DNA of 63,434 nucleotides, filler included, from Octopus bimaculoides (GCF_001194135.2; 3 parts of 3 records of this genome joined end to end with filler, not necessarily neighbours in it), one strand, 5' to 3'; shown: positions 33,751-46,947, counted from the first letter of the whole stretch. Program-made: numbers and translations. Notes: generated from the sequence alone by a model not told the origin.

Positions 33751-35116
33751 CTCTGGAAGAATTCCATCAGAAATAACCACGGCTACAGACCCAATGAAAT
33801 TGCACTGCTCTACCTACAACAGGTCTTCAAAAGGAAAGTTTTAAACATATATACGGAAGGTTATGCTAGAGAGCTTCAAAGTGAGAGCAACATAGATCAC
33901 CAAAATAGAGTAACTATCATTTTGTTGCCAGCAACTGGTCTCCCTTTTGGCTAATATTAAGCCATTAGTCGTTAATATCGCTCCATAACATTGACTGCAC
34001 GTAATGCTACATTCTCCTATATCCTTTAAGAATTTACTACATTATTAATGACTAAACTTTCATTTTTTAACTACGAAAGGGCTCTCTGCAAGCTAATTGT
34101 AAGCTTTTAGCAATTAATACCATCCCATAAATTTGGCTGAAAGTTTTAACTTCACAGAGATTTTAATGGACTTTCTAGCCAACGCAAAGTAGAATACACA
34201 CACACACATACATACACACACATACATACGCATACATACACACAAATGCACACACGCAAATATACACACATACACCTACACACTCACACGGATACGGTCA
34301 CCGACACGGACACATTCATACACACAGTAGTCTTACACTTTGTCTGTTCCTATATAGGTACTTTTAATTAACTGCTATCATGTCATCATTACAATTAGAC
34401 AAGTAACAATATTTTATTTCCTCGTTGGTCGCCGTAAATCAACGATAAAATATAAATTGAGAAACTTCGCTTACACCAACTAAATTGGTCGACTTCACTT
34501 GACTATAAATAAGAAATAACGTTTTCTTTATTCAGGTATAATGCTATAAATTTATCAAATCAGTCACGGAGGTTAATTAATATAAATTTATATACAGTGA
34601 GGTTTCATATATGATATATAGTGAGGAAGAAAAAACAATTAATTAACTGAGATTACTCATGTAATTAGTCGACAAAAACTTCCCCAGGGACTTCTAAAAT
34701 CTGAAAGCAAAAAGCAAGGGGTTAGTCTAATAATATCAGACCAATCGAAATTTTTGGGAAATACAAATTATACAGATTTGGAGTGAATCATGACGTTAAA
34801 GCCAACTGGTAAAAGCAACATACATGTTTCAATTTTATTAGAACTTCTCAATGAAGTATACTAAAAGCAGTTGCTCCTCCCAAGGTATTTCTAGTAACAA
34901 CTTTACGGTAGTAGATTAGCATAATCGATATAATGTCAGATGAAGTGTCTTGTTGTGTTTAGCTTAAGGAACTTTACATTCTGGGTTCAAAAATATGTCG
35001 AGATCGATTAAGCTCTTTATTATTCGAGATCGATGAAATAAAGCACCAATCAAGTAGTCGATATACTTAACGTTTTTATCGTCTCTGCCTACAACGTACC
35101 AGATGGTGATTCCTTG

Positions 35117-35570
35117 AGGCGGCGAGCTGGCAGAAACGGTAGCACTCCGGGCGAAATGCTTAGCGGTATTTGGTCTGGCGCTACGTTCTGAGTTCAAATT
35201 CCGCCCAGGTTGACTTTGCCTTTCATCCTTTCGGTGTCGATTAAATAAGTATCATTTATGCACTGTGTCGATGTAATCGACTTAACCCCTTTGTCCTTGT
35301 TTGTCCCCTCTATGTTTAGCCCCTTGTGGGCAATAAAGAAATAAAAGAAATAAGAAACGTTAGCACGCCGGGTGAAATGCTTAGCGGTATTTGGTCTGGC
35401 GCTACGTTCTGAGTTCAAATTTCGCCGAGGTTGACTTTCTCTTTCATCTTTTCGGGGTCGATAAATTAAGTACCAGTTACGCACTGGAGTCGATGCAATC
35501 GACTTTATCCCTTTGCCTGTCCTTGTTCGTCCCCTGTATGTTTAGCCCCTTGTGGGCAATAAAGAAATAA
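35117..35570 (+). mobile_element. Tandem dimer of SINE family E
   Basis: GGCGGCGAGCTGGCAGAAACGGTAGC...TTCTGAGTTCAAATT...GCCCCTTGTGGGCAATAAAGAAATAA; the second unit starts at GAAACGTTAGC (~35355). Confidence 0.92.
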
Positions 35571-36299
35571 AATGGTGGTTCATTGATCCACCATAATTTC
35601 TATAGCATAATATAATATTTACTAAACCCCGTTGGTATATATACTTCTATGCGGTTAGTATATTTGTACACAACTCAGTTACGGTATATAAATATCAAAA
35701 ATAGTATCCCTGTCTACGCACATCTGGGTAATGTGTTCAGTGTTTCCTACGTGTCACTCTGCTCGATGAATACGTAAGTAAATAATAATCGTATAAATAA
35801 ATGTGTTATTGCTTATATTGTCTGTTCTGGGTTACATTACGTCCATTACATCGTTCATCATACAGTATTTATTTATTATTTAAGACAGAAACGTTAGCAT
35901 GCTGTACGGAACGCTTAGCGGTATTTCAACTGCTAGGAATCAAAGGGGTCAATCGGTAAAAACTAGTTGAGAACTACTACTTTAAACTGTACCAAATGCA
36001 CAAAATACATCAACGGCACAACACAAGCTGCGGCACTGGATTGTTAAATTACTTACTAGATGGCGATATCTCACTTTGTTGATACTCCGATTGTTACGTT
36101 TGACAAACCATATGCAGAGATGTTTAGCAAATTTTTCTGGGAGTCTCTTCATTTACCATTTTCAAATCAGTCAGAAGCAAATGAATTCTATGTTTCTCCA
36201 GTGCAGCATAGCGAAATAGGTTGCTGGTAATTTATAACAGTCATTCACTCATTACACTCACATAACGGATTTGTGATATTAAGTCAGTTTGTATTCAAG

Positions 36300-36995
36300 T
36301 AGTGGATTAGCAGAGTTGTTAGAGTTTGGGTTACAATACCTCACATTATTCCTTCTGATTTTCGGTGCTCTAAGTTCAAACGCTACAGAGGGCAGCGTTG
36401 CCTTTCATACTTTCGGGTATGACAAAGCACAACCATCCAGGATTGTGGGGTAACAGAACTTAAGAACGTTAGACTGGATATTTTGCGGTGTTCGTTCCGG
36501 TTTTTTGCATCCCTAGTACAAAGCCCCACCGTAGCCTATTTCCGTTGTAGACTTCATCCATTCCCCGCTTAAACAGCACTTCCTTCTTGCACTTTGAATA
36601 CCGTTAGTGAAGTCCGCTCTCTCGCAAGCATTCAGTACCAGGTCTCAGGTTTGAAGATATATTTCTCTCCCATTTCCAGTAATCTCACAGACCTTATAAA
36701 GGGTCACAGACACTGTCTTCTCGCCTAACTAAAACACACAATAATTGGAAATCATTACAAATCAGATGATGGAAGCAAATATTATTATCTAATTTTGGTG
36801 TAAGGCCAGCAATTTTGAAGTGAGGATTAAGTCGATTACATCAAACCCACTCAGCTGGTAATTATTTTATCGACCTCGAAAGTATGAAAGGCATAATCGA
36901 CCATGGCAACATCTGAACTCAAAATGTAATGAGTCGGATGAAATGTCACTAAGTATTTTATCCGGCATGTTAACGATTCTTGCAGTTCTCCGTCT
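36300..36995. mobile_element. Several diverged family E SINE remnants
   Basis: AAGTTCAAACGC..GTTGCCTTTCATACTTTCGGG (~36370-36420), a further head at ~36455-36560, and a minus-strand copy at ~36820-36995. Confidence 0.6.
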
Positions 36996-37119
36996 TACTA
37001 TTAAAAGTGTTAGCAGCTATAATGTTACCAATAATGAATATAACAGAGACTGAATGTCTTGAAAAATAAACTAAATTCAATTTGGATTCACTATAAATAT
37101 TCCCTACTAATTCTACCAT

Positions 37120-37300
37120 GGCATGCTGACAATGGTCTAGTGTTTAGAGCGCTTGATTTATTATCCTAAGAACAAGGGTTCAGTTCCTAGACCGGATGGC
37201 ATGTGGTTCCCTTGAACAAGGCACTTCATTTCGTGTAGTTACAATTTACCCATTTGTAATGAGTAACAGTCGGGCATTGGTGCAGCTCTCCCTAATTTCG
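37120..37300 (+). mobile_element. Diverged SINE family D
   Basis: TGGTCTAGTGTTTAGAGCG, GGGTTCAGTTCC, TTCCCTTGAACAAGGCACTTCATTTC. Confidence 0.6.
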
Positions 37301-37599
37301 TCCAGCTGGTAAGCCTAGATATTCTAATTGGGACAAAGCCGAAGGGGCCACTGTGAGTGTCTACATCTTCTCGCGACTACACACGCACCTGAGACAATTA
37401 GCAAAATCATGGTACATGGTATACGGTGCCTAACTCTAACCGCGTGGTAATTATCGATGGCTACTCTGCAGTTTATTACCATAGCAAATAGTAGCTTCCA
37501 AGCAATAATATCGAGGACGTTAACCGCTTGCATATTTTTATTTTCACCAATATAAATTTAGAAATAGTCACAGACTTTTGAGAAATCGTTGCTTAAGAA

Positions 37600-37777
37600 T
37601 CCTTTCTACTAAAGGCACACGGCCAGAAATTTTGCGTGAGCGGGCTAATCGATTATATCGACCCCAGTACGTAACTGGTACACTTATTTCGTCGAATTTG
37701 AACTCAGAACGTATAGGCGAGCGAAATGCCGCTAAGCATTTTGCTAGGTGCGCTATCGATTCTACCAGCTCGCTGCC

Positions 37778-37844
<67 letters not shown>

Positions 37845-38128
37845 TGATAATAAAAATAAGAAGAAGAAGAATAAGAAGAAGAATGATAATAATAATAATA
37901 ATAATAATAATCCTTTCTACTAAAGGCACAAGGCCAGAAATTTGGGGGAGGGGTTAAGTCAATTACATTGACCCGAATACGTTACTGGTACTTATTTCAT
38001 CTACCCGCCCCCGAAAGGATGAAAGACAAAGTCGACCTCGGTGGAAATTGAACTCAGAACGTAAAGACGAACGAAATACCGCTAAGCATTTTGCCAACCG
38101 TGCAAACGATTCTGCCAGCTCACCGCCC
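37600..38128 (-). mobile_element. Two family-E-related SINEs (alternative 3' end) in tandem, separated by an (ATT)n tail
   Basis: Both end GGCC(T/G)TGTGCCTTTAGTAGAAAGGATT; (AAT)n 37779-37910 on the plus strand. Confidence 0.88.
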
Positions 38129-38204
38129 TACGTCATTATTTAAGAATACGTCTTCTAACCGAACGGAATCACGCAGCTCACGACATTTTGGACTACTCTA
38201 TAAA

Positions 38205-38625
38205 TGTCGGTGATGCTGCAGTTGTTCTATCTGTTGCTGATGGTGCTGTTCTTGCTGCAGCTACTGTTGCTGTTAATATCGCTGCTGTTGATAATATTGC
38301 TGCTGTTGTTCTTGCTGTTACTACTGCTGTCGCTATTGTTGTTAATACTCTTGTGGTCGCTGTTATTACTCCTGTTGTTCTTCTTGTTGCTGCTGCTGCT
38401 GTTCCTGCTGCTGTTGCCGTTGTTGTTGTAGATTTTCTTGTTATTGCTGTTGTCGTTGCTGATGTCGTTGCTGGTGTTGTTGTTATTACTGTTGTTGTTG
38501 TTGTTGGTGGTGTTGTTGTTGTCGTCGTCGTCGCTGTTGTTATGGTCATCGTAGCTGCTGTCGTTGTTGCTGTTACAGTCGTCGTTGGTGCTGCTGTTGA
38601 TGATATTCCTGTTGTTGTCCATTAG
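38205..38625. repeat. Degenerate (GYT/GTT)n trinucleotide array
   Basis: Directly visible; poly-V/A/T/N ORFs in several frames. Confidence 0.9.
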
Positions 38626-38640
38626 ATAGCTCTCATCAAG

Positions 38641-38672
<32 letters not shown>

Positions 38673-39048
38673 GGCACTCCGTCGCTTACGACGTCGAGGG
38701 TTCCAGTTGATCCGATCAACGGAACAGCCTGCTCGTGAAATTAATGTGCAAGTGGCTGAACACTCCACAGACATGTCTACCCTTAACGTAGTTCTCGGGG
38801 ATATTCAGCGTGACACAGTGTGACAAGGCTGACCCTTTGAATTACAGGCACAACAGAAACAGGAAGAAAGAGTGAGAGAAAGTTGTAGTGAGAGAGTACA
38901 GCAGGATTCACCACCATCCCCTGCCGGAGCCTTGTGGAGCTTCAGGTGTTTTCGCTCAATACACACTCACAACGCCCGGTCTGGGAATCGAAACCGCGAT
39001 TCTATGACCGCGAGTCCGCTGCCCTAACTACTGGGCCATTGCGTCTCC
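38641..39048 (-). mobile_element. Full-length SINE family A with (CAA)n tail
   Basis: Reverse complement of 33367-33750. Confidence 0.92.
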
Positions 39049-39316
39049 ACTCCCATCAAGTAAACCTACGATAAAAGGCGTTCCATCTGTGACCGTCACG
39101 TATTTATGAATACCTACATGCAAATTAATTTATTTTCAAGACGATAGCGTGTGATTTTAGATATATTTAGCTACTGTTGCTAACAGATCGAAGGACCGTG
39201 CAGAGGCTTCCGCATTATCTTGACAGTTATAGGTTGAGAATACAAAAATAAATTCTGACTTGCTTGTGAGTCTGTCAATCCCCGGTGAACATAGCACGTC
39301 TTTTGTTATGAAATCT

Positions 39317-39443
39317 TGAAGAATGTCCTTCAGATAAATATAGAGCTTCCTTTGTACGGAAAATCCGAAGAATGTCATTCAGATAAATATAGATTGTCTT
39401 TTATCAATGAAACTCTGAAGAATGTCGCTCAGATAAATGTTGA
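39317..39443. repeat. Three ~50-bp tandem units
   Basis: GAAGAATGTC..TCAGATAAAT at 39318, 39367 and 39417. Confidence 0.85.
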
Positions 39444-40708
39444 AGATAAAGTGTGACATGGGAAGAAAGAAGCTTATCTTTAGATCGTGCAGATGGTTGA
39501 CTATAACCGAGACATATTTTGCCTGTCATGCTACAGATGTGCAGAAGAGGGAAACATATTTTCTCGCATCTTTTGTGTATGTGTGTGAGAGAGACGAGGG
39601 GGAGGAGGAGAAGGAAGAAAGGGAGAGATACTGAGAGACGGACAAACAGACTGGGAGCAAATGTGTGAGATGGTAAAATTTGGAATCCAAATCTGGTAGT
39701 GGTCTGCGTCGGTAAAAGTTAATCTATAAAAGATGGTTGATAATAAGATAGATGCATGGCTTTGTAGTTAAGAAGTTTGCTTTACAACCACGTATGTATA
39801 AATGCCTGCGAGTGTGTAGCTGCGTAAATCTACGGAAATACTTTGTTATATTTGAATTCATAAAAGGATAATACATCTCTAAGCGGGTGGGTATCAATCA
39901 ACTCTTCGCTACACTATAGATCGAAAACTTGAGTACCCTACACTAATAGGGTACTACTGGAGTCTATATTTTTGAGGAAACACATTGGAAGGCGGTTCCT
40001 TCAGATGGCCCATTCTGATACGGGACATTTCCATACAGCTGTTTCCGACCCGTTTTTTTTAATGCTAATTTGATAGTATATATTTTTAATGTTTCTCATC
40101 TTTAATGTTTTCCCCATTCTTTCTCTCCCTTTCTCTCTTACTGTTTCTTTCTCTCTATCTCTCTCTCTTTCTCTCCATCTCTCTCTCTCTTTTTCTCTCA
40201 CTCTTTCCATTTGTAGAAGTACATTCCTGCGCAAGCGTGCTCGTACGCGCGTGCATACTTGTGTGTATATGTGTGTTTTCCTCCAGGCGAGCCAGACTGT
40301 CAGAGTCGAAAGAGCCGCACACAGTCTTATCATTCCGGGACCAGTCACATGAATGAAACTAGTGGAAGCAGACAATAAAAGAATGAATTACCATATAAAA
40401 AGACCGAAACATCACTGTCATATTTTCACCTTAATTATTTAAGTCTTTGCGACAAGAAACCAAGAATCGTATATGTTTCTATCATAACATATATCTGGCA
40501 GAAACACCCTATCCCCAATTTCAATGCATGCTTCACAGTATTCAGCTACAACAGTCAGCGAGCGGTTTGAAAATCCTACGAATATTCAAACGCTTCCTAA
40601 AATTTTCATTCTCAACGGTCGCTTTTATATTCTAAATGAATTTACCCGTGGAAAAACGACCATTGAACGGACTGTCTACTCAATGAGTCGACTATATTGG
40701 CTTAAAAT

Positions 40709-40824
40709 GTTGACACAAGGCCAGTTGACACTAGGCCAGTTGACACTAGGCCAGTTGACACTAGGCCAGTTGACACTAGGCCAGTTGACACTAGGCCAGT
40801 TGACACTAGGCCAGTTGACACAAG
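40709..40824. repeat. 15-bp minisatellite (GTTGACACTAGGCCA)n
   Basis: Six perfect units bracketed by variant GTTGACACAAG units; no spacers. Confidence 0.97.
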
Positions 40825-40849
40825 ATACCGGTTCATCACTGGGGTTGCT

Positions 40850-41190
40850 TACATTGACACCAGTGATTACCCGGGATTTATTTCGTCGACCCCGAAAGGA
40901 TGGAAAGGAAAGTCGACCTCAACAGAATTTGATCTTAGAACGTGAACACGAACGAAATGCTTCTAAGCACTTCACCCGGCATGCTAACGATTTTTATCTC
41001 TTTACTGCCCACAAGAAGCTACACACAGAGGGGACAAACAAGGACAGACAAAGGGATTAAGTCGATTATATCGATCCCGGTACGTAACTGGTACTTATTT
41101 AATCGATCCCGAAAGGATGAAAGGCAAAGTCGACCTCGGCGAAATTTGAACTCAGAACGTAGCGGCAGACGATTCTGCTAGATCGCCGTC
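40850..41190 (-). mobile_element. Tandem dimer of SINE family E
   Basis: Minus-strand junction CTTGTGGGCAGTAAAGAGATAAAAATCGTTAGCAT at ~40980-41015. Confidence 0.88.
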
Positions 41191-41434
41191 TAATAAACCT
41201 ATTATACTAATAGCAAATTTGTTTTAGTAGTCTCAACTCTCAGTCGAAATATATGTATGCAACCGAATAATGATACGCAAGCGAGCTATCATATACATAC
41301 AACTGCAGCCCTGTTATAATTTTCCAACGCCTTCATTAACACTCATATCTCCAACGGACCCAGAATTATACTTTCAACCTTAAGGGTGTAATAGTTGTTA
41401 TAGATATATGCATAAAAATATAAAAGAGAGAGCG

Positions 41435-41511
41435 TGCGCACGCACACACACACACACGCACGCACACACGCACACACACATGCACACACACACACATATA
41501 TATATACGTAC

Positions 41512-41568
<57 letters not shown>

Positions 41569-41861
41569 CAGTCAGTCAGACAGACAGACAGACAGACAGA
41601 CAGGCAGGCAGGCAGGCAAGCAGGCAAGCAGGTGGTGAGCTGGCAGAATCGTTAGCGCGTCGGGCGAAATGCTTAGTGGTATTTCGTCTGCCGTTACGTT
41701 CTGAGGTCAAATTCCACCGAGGTCGAATTTGCCTTTCATCCTTTCAGGGGTCGATAAATTAAGTACCAGTTACATACTGGGATCGATCTAATCGACTTCA
41801 TCCCTTTGTCTGTCCTTGTTTGTCCCCTCTATGTTTAGCCCCTTGTGGGCAATAAAGAAAT

Positions 41862-41914
<53 letters not shown>

Positions 41915-42505
41915 GGGGGAGAATGTACGAAAAAACAACAACAGACGAGGACAGGTGGTGTAAATAACAAAAGGATGTATTAGTATGACGCTCGGGAATA
42001 CGGAAAGTCTTTGACGTTTCGAGCTACGCTCTTCAACAGAAAGAATACGGAGACAAGGAGAAAAACACGGAGAAAAAAAATTGAATTGTGTTCAGTCAAC
42101 GGTCAATCATAGATGGACAGACAAATGCATAGACAGATAGATAGACAGACGAATAGACAGATAGATAGCGTTTTCATCCCAGTTGTTGAATTCCCTACTG
42201 TGTCGAGGGCGGGCACTTCGAAAGGGCTTTTGTGTGTCTGCTCGCGACTACATAAATACCTAAATCGTTTTGCAAATTTTTCAGGTATATCCTGTGGAAT
42301 CATACTTTCTTTCTTGTGCCGTGCATGGTTATTACGCAAACACACACGCATTCGCGCATGCGCACGCACACGCACACACACACACTTGCTTTGTTGGCTT
42401 CGTGTTCTTGACATGATAGGGTTGGAGTCACACCAGGTTAGTGGTCCCAGAGGCGTCATCATACGTAAAGCCGACACATAGAGATGACACATACGCACAC
42501 GCAAA

Positions 42506-42536
<31 letters not shown>

Positions 42537-42613
42537 ATGTTTAGATGTATAAACCGGTGGGTAAATAGGTAAATAATAGTCCAACAGTTACAATAGATAC
42601 AATAGACAGACGA

Positions 42614-42655
<42 letters not shown>

Positions 42656-42844
42656 AGAGGAGCGAACACGAACATATTACGTATAGGCACACATACACAC
42701 ACACTCATACAAACACGCGCATACATATAAACATACGTAAGCGCGTATATCTGTGCGAGTCCATAAATATATACATAATACATATACATATATACATACA
42801 CACATATATGTGTGTGTGTGTGTGTGTGTATATACACACACAGT

Positions 42845-42905
<61 letters not shown>

Positions 42906-43048
42906 TTAAATATACACATAAGCATTGTCTGAATAATAGAAGATACCCCGGTAGCCATGTTGCCAGACGATAAAGTGAACGTATATATATCAATGTATTT
43001 ATCTATGAGAATATTCTAAGTATGTGTGCGCTTGCGATTACTCATGTA

Positions 43049-43139
<91 letters not shown>

Positions 43140-43275
43140 ATTCACACATACATGTGCTTGCTTTCCCATCTGCTATTGACATGTACGCTTACGTATGTAT
43201 GTGACTATTAGTTCAGATAGGTGTTTGCATATATATATATATATATGTGTTATATATATATATGCATCTGTATAC
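41435..43275. repeat. Cluster of (CA), (GATA), (GACA), (TG) and (TA) microsatellites
   Basis: Directly visible; interleaved with SINE and unique DNA. Confidence 0.9.
41632..41912 (+). mobile_element. SINE family E with (GATA)n tail
   Basis: GGTGGTGAGCTGGCAGAATCGTTAGC...CCTTGTGGGCAATAAAGAAATAA(GATA)n. Confidence 0.92.
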
Positions 43276-44146
43276 GTGTATACACGTCTATTAAATTTCA
43301 TTTATGTATGAGTATGTGTTTGATTTCAATAGAAAAAGAACCTGGAAACAAAAGGCAAAAGGTTACCCCAAGTGTATGTCACTTATTGATGATGGCCGAA
43401 TAGGCAAAATTTCGTCCTTGTCTACGTAGAGATATACAGTGAACGTCTCGTTTCGTTTTGTATTTGACAAAAGGAATGATATAGCTACAACTAACACGCA
43501 ATGGAAAAACCTCACGCCTCCGGTTCCAATGTCAATATAAACAGTTAANNNNNNNNNNNNNNNNNNNNNNNNNNNNNNNNNNNNNNNNNNNNNNNNNNNN
43601 NNNNNNNNNNNNNNNNNNNNNNNNNNNNNNNNNNNNNNNNNNNNNNNNNNNNNNNNNNNNNNNNNNNNNNNNNNNNNNNNNNNNNNNNNNNNNNNNNNNN
43701 NNNNNNNNNNNNNNNNNNNNNNNNNNNNNNNNNNNNNNNNNNNNNNNNNNNNNNNNNNNNNNNNNNNNNNNNNNNNNNNNNNNNNNNNNNNNNNNNNNNN
43801 NNNNNNNNNNNNNNNNNNNNNNNNNNNNNNNNNNNNNNNNNNNNNNNNNNNNNNNNNNNNNNNNNNNNNNNNNNNNNNNNNNNNNNNNNNNNNNNNNNNN
43901 NNNNNNNNNNNNNNNNNNNNNNNNNNNNNNNNNNNNNNNNNNNNNNNNNNNNNNNNNNNNNNNNNNNNNNNNNNNNNNNNNNNNNNNNNNNNNNNNNNNN
44001 NNNNNNNNNNNNNNNNNNNNNNNNNNNNNNNNNNNNNNNNNNNNNNNNNNNNNNNNNNNNNNNNNNNNNNNNNNNNNNNNNNNNNNNNNNNNNNNNNNNN
44101 NNNNNNNNNNNNNNNNNNNNNNNNNNNNNNNNNNNNNNNNNNNNNG

Positions 44147-44510
44147 ATGGTGGTAGTGGTGGTGGTGGTGGTGGTGGTGGTGGTTATGGTGGTGGTGGTT
44201 ATGGTGGTGGTGCTGGTGGTGCTGGTGGTGCTGGTGGTGCTGGTGGTGGGGTTGCTTCCCCTACTAATGTTACCGTTTTTCTTGTTGCTATCGATGTTTT
44301 TTCTTTCATTTTGGTTGTGCTATCGCTGTTGCTTTCTGTTGTTGCTATCGCTGTTATTTGCTGCTACTGCTGCTACTGCTGCTGTTATTGTTGTTGTTCT
44401 TGTTCATGCTGTTATCACTGCTGCTTCTGTTGTAGCTATCGCTGCTATTTCTTTTTGTTGTTGCTATCGCTGCAGCTGCTGCTGTTGTTGTTGTTGGTGA
44501 TGGTGGTGGT
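44147..44510. repeat. (GGT)n and degenerate (GCT/GTT)n array
   Basis: Directly visible. Confidence 0.92.
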
Positions 44511-44531
44511 TGACAGTAGTACTGTCGCGGT

Positions 44532-44757
44532 TATTTCTTTATTGCCCACAAGGGGCTAAACATAGAGGGGACAAACAAGGACAGGCAAAGGCATTAAGTC
44601 GATTACATCGACCCCAGTGCGTAACTGGTACTTAATTTATCGACCCCGAAAGGATGAAAGACAAAGTCGACCTCGGCGGAATTTGAACTCAGAACGTAAC
44701 GGCAGACGAAATACCGCTAAGCATTTCACCCGGCGTTCTAACGTTTCTGCCAGCTGT
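44532..44757 (-). mobile_element. SINE family E
   Basis: Full reverse complement of the family E unit, CpG sites intact. Confidence 0.93.
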
Positions 44758-44809
44758 CGCAGTTGTTGTTGTTGTTCTTCTTCTTGAGGTTATTTTTGTT
44801 GGTAACGTT

Positions 44810-45335
44810 ATAATTTAGTTCAGATGGTCGTGGCTAGAACATCTCTGATCAGAGTTCTGTTCAATCAGACAAACCTTTGGTTAAACAGCAACGCAGCTAG
44901 TGAAATAATTCTGACAGGGCAGTCATGATTGGATTATAAATGTGCTCAATCAGGCCGGTCGGAGACAAAAATGGAGACATAATAATTCAGGAAGGATGGC
45001 CATGGATAGAGCATCTTTGTTCATAGTCCTATTCATAGTCGAACAACAACTTAAAATGATCCATCATAATTTAGGCATGAAGATCGTTGTCGAAATGTTT
45101 TTGCTCATGGAATTGCTCAATCAGACAAGCCTAGGGCTAAACAAAAGACAAATAGTGATATTATAATTGTGGAAGGAGGATCATGAGTAAGGCGTCTTTG
45201 AAGATTGGCCTGTTCAGTAACGGTTGACCTGGAGGCTAAAGAATAGCTTAAAAGGTGACATCATAATTTAGACGTGAAGATCGTATTTGGAATGGTTATC
45301 ATAGACTTTCTGAGTCAAGGAACGACCTAAAGCAT
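44810..45335 (-). repeat. Diverged tandem array of ~77-100-bp units
   Basis: ATAATT-anchored units at 44810, 44905, 44982, 45066, 45163 and 45263 share GATGG(T/C)C(G/A)TGG.TAGA.CATCT(C/T)TG-like and GAAGATCGT motifs. Confidence 0.65.
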
Positions 45336-45362
45336 ACAAACAACCACAACGACAACAACAGC

Positions 45363-45403
<41 letters not shown>

Positions 45404-46113
45404 CAACAGTATTTTTCGCAACGGCAAAAGCATTATCTGAAATACCTCATTGCTGTCAACGTTTTATCGTCAAGTCTTATTTCGTCGCCATTATCTATTT
45501 TATGACAAAACAAAAGTATAATATTTCAGTATGATATCACCGTATTCCGATGGATGGGGGAGGTGGGGAACTATACTAATTCCAAGTTCATGGTCCTAAT
45601 GATTGATGGATGGGAATGATGATAGAAATATATGCAGTGATGCGGTAGAAGGGATTCCGATTGAAGGAAAAACAACTTCCTGCGAGAATACATTGGCATA
45701 CGTACCATTTATCATAGCACAGTAATGCTTTCAAGTAGGGAAGATTGAAAAACTGCGTTGAATATGATAGAATTCTATAGTTAAAAGGATTCTGGATTCC
45801 AAAAGGATTTGAAGCAGTCAAGGAAATTGATCAAATCCTTTTTCTATGTGAGGGAAAAGTTAATCTATACGAAACACTGATTTGGATACATCCAGAATAA
45901 GTGATGTATCTGGGAAAATGCTATGCTATTTCCAGATATGATTCAGGCATAATATGGATTAGAATTATACAGCTTAAGAATAAATTTGATGTCCGAAATA
46001 ATTGTGTTCGATGTAAAGTTTAAAGGATCCGATGGAATTATATTCAATATAGGAGTGTTAGCGTGTATGTGTATATGTCTGTATCTTGGTGTACGTGCAT
46101 ATTATAAATATAA

Positions 46114-46159
<46 letters not shown>

Positions 46160-46891
46160 NNNNNNNNNNNNNNNNNNNNNNNNNNNNNNNNNNNNNNNNN
46201 NNNNNNNNNNNNNNNNNNNNNNNNNNNNNNNNNNNNNNNNNNNNNNNNNNNNNNNNNNNNNNNNNNNNNNNNNNNNNNNNNNNNNNNNNNNNNNNNNNNN
46301 NNNNNNNNNNNNNNNNNNNNNNNNNNNNNNNNNNNNNNNNNNNNNNNNNNNNNNNNNNNNNNNNNNNNNNNNNNNNNNNNNNNNNNNNNNNNNNNNNNNN
46401 NNNNNNNNNNNNNNNNNNNNNNNNNNNNNNNNNNNNNNNNNNNNNNNNNNNNNNNNNNNNNNNNNNNNNNNNNNNNNNNNNNNNNNNNNNNNNNNNNNNN
46501 NNNNNNNNNNNNNNNNNNNNNNNNNNNNNNNNNNNNNNNNNNNNNNNNNNNNNNNNNNNNNNNNNNNNNNNNNNNNNNNNNNNNNNNNNNNNNNNNNNNN
46601 NNNNNNNNNNNNNNNNNNNNNNNNNNNNNNNNNNNNNNNNNNNNNNNNNNNNNNNNNNNNNNNNNNNNNNNNNNNNNNNNNNNNNNNNNNNNNNNNNNNN
46701 NNNNNNNNNNNNTATATATATATATATATATATGCATATATACATACATATATATATATATATAACTTGTTACTACGTTAGCAAGAATACCGAAATCTGA
46801 ACCTTCAAAGATATTGGATTTGGCAACTATACACGTTAATACACATAAAGTATATACAAATATACGCACATATAGTATACATACATGCATT

Positions 46892-46947
<56 letters not shown>

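Noticed and set aside
40709-40824. CRISPR-like array
   Set aside because: Contiguous units with no spacers, in a eukaryotic context; a minisatellite.
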